Part shown: positions 61,001-64,000 of the stretch, one piece after another | Numbering within the stretch: position 1 is the stretch's first letter | Layout of the letters: each line of letters starts with the position of its first letter | DNA from: Fibrobacteria bacterium | GTDB taxonomy: Bacteria; Fibrobacterota; Fibrobacteria; UBA11236 | NCBI GenBank assembly: GCA_043745805.1 | Contig: JAYTSD010000006.1 | Coordinates: 95,180 to 159,179, forward strand | Reading direction: 5' to 3' | Length of the DNA: 64,000 nucleotides | The notes under the pieces: generated by a model | The model's database searches: none | What the model saw: only the letters and a program-made list of their open reading frames with translations | Told to the model about the DNA's origin: nothing | Translations under genes and position numbers: made by a program

Positions 61001-61913
61001 AAATGGCTCCCGCAAAATTAGCGGATCCGGTAATACTAAGTACTTGAGTATTTAAATCTAAGGCACTCGTATTACCAGCGGTAAATAATATATTGCGAAT
61101 GGAAGTAGGTCCATTCAACATGCATTTTTTATTGGCGCTGCCTTCAAAAACAACATTATCATTAGGCCCAGGAATTTTTCCGGCACTCCAGTTAGAAGGT
61201 GTATTCCAATTATTATCCGCTCCCATGCCTGTCCAAGTTGTCCATACAATAGATCCCACCTGAATATCATCAACTTCTACCATGCCCTTTCCATTATTAG
61301 TACGAATGATTAGTTGATTAATAGGTTCAATAGTCACAAAGGCTTTGTTTTCAATAAGCAATTTTTCAGTGCTTCGATTAGCTAAGGTATCCATATAAAC
61401 AGAAAACTGATGCGAAGCGATATTCGCTTTTACGCGCATGTAAATCCAACCATGGCCGAGATAGGTGAATGGTGGTTTTATGGCGTCGATATTACTGCCA
61501 TGCGAGGATATTGCATCATTGTTGAAACAAACCACGCTCCTAGAATTGACCGAAGTGCCTAGAATATTAGCGGTGCCTAAACCTAAGCAGTATTCGATAC
61601 TATCCTCTAAAGCACGCCAACGCCATTGTAAATCAATGACGTCGCCTAATGCGGTATCAATTGCATGTCTCAAGCCACTAGTGCCACCGGTTTTAACTTG
61701 GAGTAATTTATTGTTATTCACAGTTCTAATCATGAACTGTTTATTTACCGCGGCTTGTCCGTGTTGCTCCCAATTATCTTGACCAAAAAGGGTGCTGTCG
61801 GCTTTGGTATTTTCAAAATCAAAAGTTTGCGCTTGTAGGTTAAGTGCCGATCCCATGGTCACAAAAAACCATAGCGAGAGGTAACGATTTTTTTTAGTTA
61901 AGTATTTATTCAT
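58077..61913 (-). CDS. Large secreted multidomain beta-rich protein (Ig-like domains, C-terminal sorting-like domain)
   Basis: Signal peptide; WTG...NNW..PSNW motif; Ig domain (IVTQPDSQ..YQWFRD..FYCQI); GWNQIGNP; C-terminal IWALNGKQI..PGEY. Confidence 0.65.
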   Translation of the reverse strand: MNKYLTKKNRYLSLWFFVTMGSALNLQAQTFDFENTKADSTLFGQDNWEQHGQAAVNKQFMIRTVNNNKLLQVKTGGTSGLRHAIDTALGDVIDLQWRWRALEDSIEYCLGLGTANILGTSVNSRSVVCFNNDAISSHGSNIDAIKPPFTYLGHGWIYMRVKANIASHQFSVYMDTLANRSTEKLLIENKAFVTIEPINQLIIRTNNGKGMVEVDDIQVGSIVWTTWTGMGADNNWNTPSNWSAGKIPGPNDNVVFEGSANKKCMLNGPTSIRNILFTAGNTSALDLNTQVLSITGSANFAGAIFPGNNGILRFSSSQDQLIVSIGHPSANPPAAFTKTHPSIVLPPIEHTGTGSLKITNRGLLTSSFIQTAGSLDLQGFFFTAQGDFIVQQGDEKSILNIQIANRITNFVAVKAVLEGREGHYLQLSSEGVWNLNISTGSAEVRFAVLKNNTVQGLAKAYQSIDSGGNTGWSFDHSPNIVTQPDSQNILVGQKATFKIGVKSDSVFTYQWFRDNALIAGATDSIYILPITRYADSGSTFYCQINYGSAKLKSKTVPLNIVFPTPTASPPGSSNFSRTLSIKLTSPLVAIDSIWYKWKSKPGFYKYKDSLVLANSDTLIAYSFKNGEAGPSQKWEFLKFTPGQLITLNPGTTYLAPGNYKVTHNNPQGEPAQIEILSPDSLKNIKGFKDLSFVFRVTAQNTLTFNSINLIQPPNDSRDIYRLSSLGYVYYQTSNDTASLREGGIYFVAVDTLTPVITLMEETFGDQDSTHLSFSIQDNVINLLLDLQRSDDSSRNLKKIPLPAQSNFLPAQSNFSVNLKNPPGNYKPLWIELKVSDQKLWGFFPAALSENYITSQRLNELQTPPQTWNLGQNTDVPWDLVSLPFSTAPAITVKSLKTLFNTDLVAWSEWNIKQNIYPVLTETDRFENQKAYWLATSAPVTKASFGKVLIPTPKHSFTLHPGWNQIGNPGLTTLYWPISRTNMNSYANARVKGLHAYHLGSYDFSDSLVAWRGYLVYSNALQDTVINLLPHPLAKIVAKKSMAPVIPLHLSFASVLPIELGAADFGHDQFAIEDEMLLASPRGNAVWISREGHALNTDWLNYKPDQLHHWTLLIDGRKQNQALEIPVVEFQLPENFVAAAVSHKRNTKLALEKNSTLLSVPGQLDTLDIYAGPASLIENKLQNIASTPSALAWQLISKGQTWEMHLKIAANSEIQWTIWALNGKQIYRSSLQNFSPGEYILPLTLAEGQKMNSGLGLLNLSIRKGTVTETLQGKVWINP

Positions 61914-62187
61914 GTGAGTTTAAAGATAAGCTCAGATTTCCATTAGGCTAGTGATTTAAGCAGTAATTATGGGATTTTAACGCCTTCCCTCGTCCGAAAT
62001 TGATTGTAAAAATCCGGCATCCAATAGCCTATGATTAACGGAGCAGTACTTTAACATAAAAAGGCAGCATTTAGGGAGGGGTTTTGGTAAAAACGCCATG
62101 TGCAGTTAGGGGAATGACTTAAATTGTAGGCCAAGGCTATTTTGCTATTTCTCATCAAGCCTTAAACTTTTTTTATTAAGGTTACTT

Positions 62188-63849
62188 ATGAAAATTCCAA
62201 GAAAATTTCGTTGGGCCAAAGAAATTTGTGCTCTAGCTCTGCTTACCACAACATCATTTCTTTATGCACAAGCTGCCGGCTGCAATGATTGGGCGGCAAC
62301 TGATTTCACGAAGAAAAGACTTATCGATTCGAGCCTGGAGCAGCCCTTTGCAATGAATATTACCAAAAGTGGCTGGGTCTATTTTATTCAGCGTTCAGGG
62401 GCTGTGAATATTTTTAAGCCCATTGAAAACAAGCTCGTGCAAGCTGGTTTGCTAGCGGTAAATAATGGTTTGGAAGATGGCTTACTAGGCATGGCGCTGG
62501 ATTTAAATTTTGACACTAATCATTTTATTTATCTGTATTATACGCAAGCAGGTGCAGCGCCTATCTATAATTTGTCGCGCTTTACTTTAGATGGGGGCGA
62601 AACGCTTAATTACTCCTCAGAAATAAAAATGCTAACCATTAAAGGACGACATTTGCAAATTCATGCTTCTGGCTCTATGACTATGGATAAGCAGGGTAAC
62701 CTGTATGTCTCAACGGGTGATAATACCAATTCACATGCCAGTGATGGTTATACTCCCATTGATGAACGTCCCGGACAAGACGACAATGATGCGCAAGGCA
62801 CTTCGGGTAATACCAAACATTTATTAGGTAAAGTTTTACGTATTCATCCCGAGCCAAATGGATCTTATACCATTCCTGCAGGAAATATGTTTAGCGATAC
62901 CACTCAAGGTAAACCAGAAATTTATGCTATGGGCTTACGCAATGGATTTCGCATTGCATTAGATGCTAAAAGAAATTGGTTATATGTAGGCGATGTTGGT
63001 GCGGACGCTCTAGTGGATAATCCTAATCGTGGTAGCGAAAGTGTAGATGAAGTCAATCAAATTAAAGCGCCGTCCAACTTAGGATGGCCATATTTTCAGG
63101 GAAACAATAAGGCTTATAATGCCTATAACTTTGCCACCAAGGTAAGTGGTGCTAAATTCGATCCTTTAAATGTCACCAATAATTCACCCAATAATACAGG
63201 GATTAAAAAACTGCCTAATGTCGATCCTGCTTGGTTTTTTTATAACTATGAAAAGTCCGAACTCTTTCCCACAGTAGATTTCGCATCTAAGGTTAATGGA
63301 CGAGCTGTTATTCTCGGCGCGCATTATAACTATAATAATACATCTACCAATGCCATGCGTTTACCTCCGCAAATGGACAATAATTTATTCGTAGCGGAGT
63401 ATGCAACGAGTAAAATAAAAGTTTTTAAAATAGATGAAACCGGTGCAATAGTTTCCATTAAGCCCTTCACTACAGCTTGGAATCACCCCATCCAAATGGA
63501 AATCGCTCCCGATGGTGTCTTGTATGTATTAGAATGGGGTACTGAGAATACGCATTTTTTAAATAATGGACATGGATCATTATCTCGCATTGAATACAAT
63601 AAACCTGACTGCCAATCCACATCCGGTATTAACTCTCTGCCAAAAAAATATTCCGAACAACAAAACCTTTGGATCAATACTTTAGGTAACCGAAGTGTTT
63701 TGGTACCAACGGGAATCACAAATCTCCAAGCCTTTAATTTAGCGGGTGAAAAGATTTGGGAAGCGAAAGTTAACTCTAATCAAAAATACATTGTATTACC
63801 AGAAACGCTTGCGAAGGGCATTTTGCAGTTACGCTTTTTAGGGGAGTAG
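62188..63849 (+). CDS. PQQ-dependent glucose/sorbosone dehydrogenase family protein, secreted
   Basis: Signal peptide, EDGLLGMALD, LYVSTGDN, GKVLRIHP, EIYAMGLRN, NLGWPYF; C-terminal FNLAGEKIW domain. Confidence 0.85.
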   Translation: MKIPRKFRWAKEICALALLTTTSFLYAQAAGCNDWAATDFTKKRLIDSSLEQPFAMNITKSGWVYFIQRSGAVNIFKPIENKLVQAGLLAVNNGLEDGLLGMALDLNFDTNHFIYLYYTQAGAAPIYNLSRFTLDGGETLNYSSEIKMLTIKGRHLQIHASGSMTMDKQGNLYVSTGDNTNSHASDGYTPIDERPGQDDNDAQGTSGNTKHLLGKVLRIHPEPNGSYTIPAGNMFSDTTQGKPEIYAMGLRNGFRIALDAKRNWLYVGDVGADALVDNPNRGSESVDEVNQIKAPSNLGWPYFQGNNKAYNAYNFATKVSGAKFDPLNVTNNSPNNTGIKKLPNVDPAWFFYNYEKSELFPTVDFASKVNGRAVILGAHYNYNNTSTNAMRLPPQMDNNLFVAEYATSKIKVFKIDETGAIVSIKPFTTAWNHPIQMEIAPDGVLYVLEWGTENTHFLNNGHGSLSRIEYNKPDCQSTSGINSLPKKYSEQQNLWINTLGNRSVLVPTGITNLQAFNLAGEKIWEAKVNSNQKYIVLPETLAKGILQLRFLGE

Positions 63850-63869
63850 TAAATTTATTAATATCTTTC

Positions 63870-63892
63870 GTCACTTTGACAGGCTCAGTGAC
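63870..63892. repeat. Single copy of the REP-like palindrome
   Basis: GTCAC-TTTGACAGGCTCA-GTGAC resembles GTCAC-ATTCGATAAGCTCA-GTGAC at 56468-56491. Confidence 0.55.
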
Positions 63893-63909
63893 TTAACCGC
63901 AGAGCAAAA

Positions 63910-64000
63910 ATGGGAATCCAAAATAATGGCGAACTTCACTCGGAAATTGAGCTTGAGACATTACGTAAAGAAAATGAAGAACTGAAGAAGGCTTTAGGGG
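63910..64000 (+). CDS. Start of an ORF running off the window (coiled-coil N-terminus)
   Basis: ATG at 63910 opens MGIQNNGELHSEIELETLRKENEELKKALG to the window end. Confidence 0.4.
   Translation, partial: MGIQNNGELHSEIELETLRKENEELKKALG

Overview
Gene-dense (~40% GC) bacterial chromosome segment from a diderm organism. A Fibrobacterota-like lineage is a plausible guess (inference from protein styles and C-terminal domains; not verified). Contents in order: a PEP-CTERM/exosortase locus (prsR, prsK, wzc-like, exosortase, epsI); housekeeping genes (ogt, ftsB, dprA, mazG, folP, ftsH, tilS, hisI, proAB, lysA, asd, gcvP, rpsT, folC, accD, speA); two toxin-antitoxin-like modules (VapBC between ftsH and folP; a GNAT pair bounded by a perfect 16-bp direct repeat); a sigma54-driven flgJ-flgN-flgK-flgL operon; several signalling proteins; and large secreted proteins. 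The most striking feature is a tightly packed operon at 33684-42277. It encodes an NtrC-type regulator, a membrane TPR/Cys-cluster protein, a DUF4388-like protein, three roadblock-like proteins, an MglA GTPase and MglB. The MglA carries a ~420-aa Pro-rich tail with 9 NPF motifs that ends in a MinD-like amphipathic helix. At least six genes show a leaderless-type promoter geometry. No rRNA, tRNA, CRISPR array, transposase or integrase was seen.
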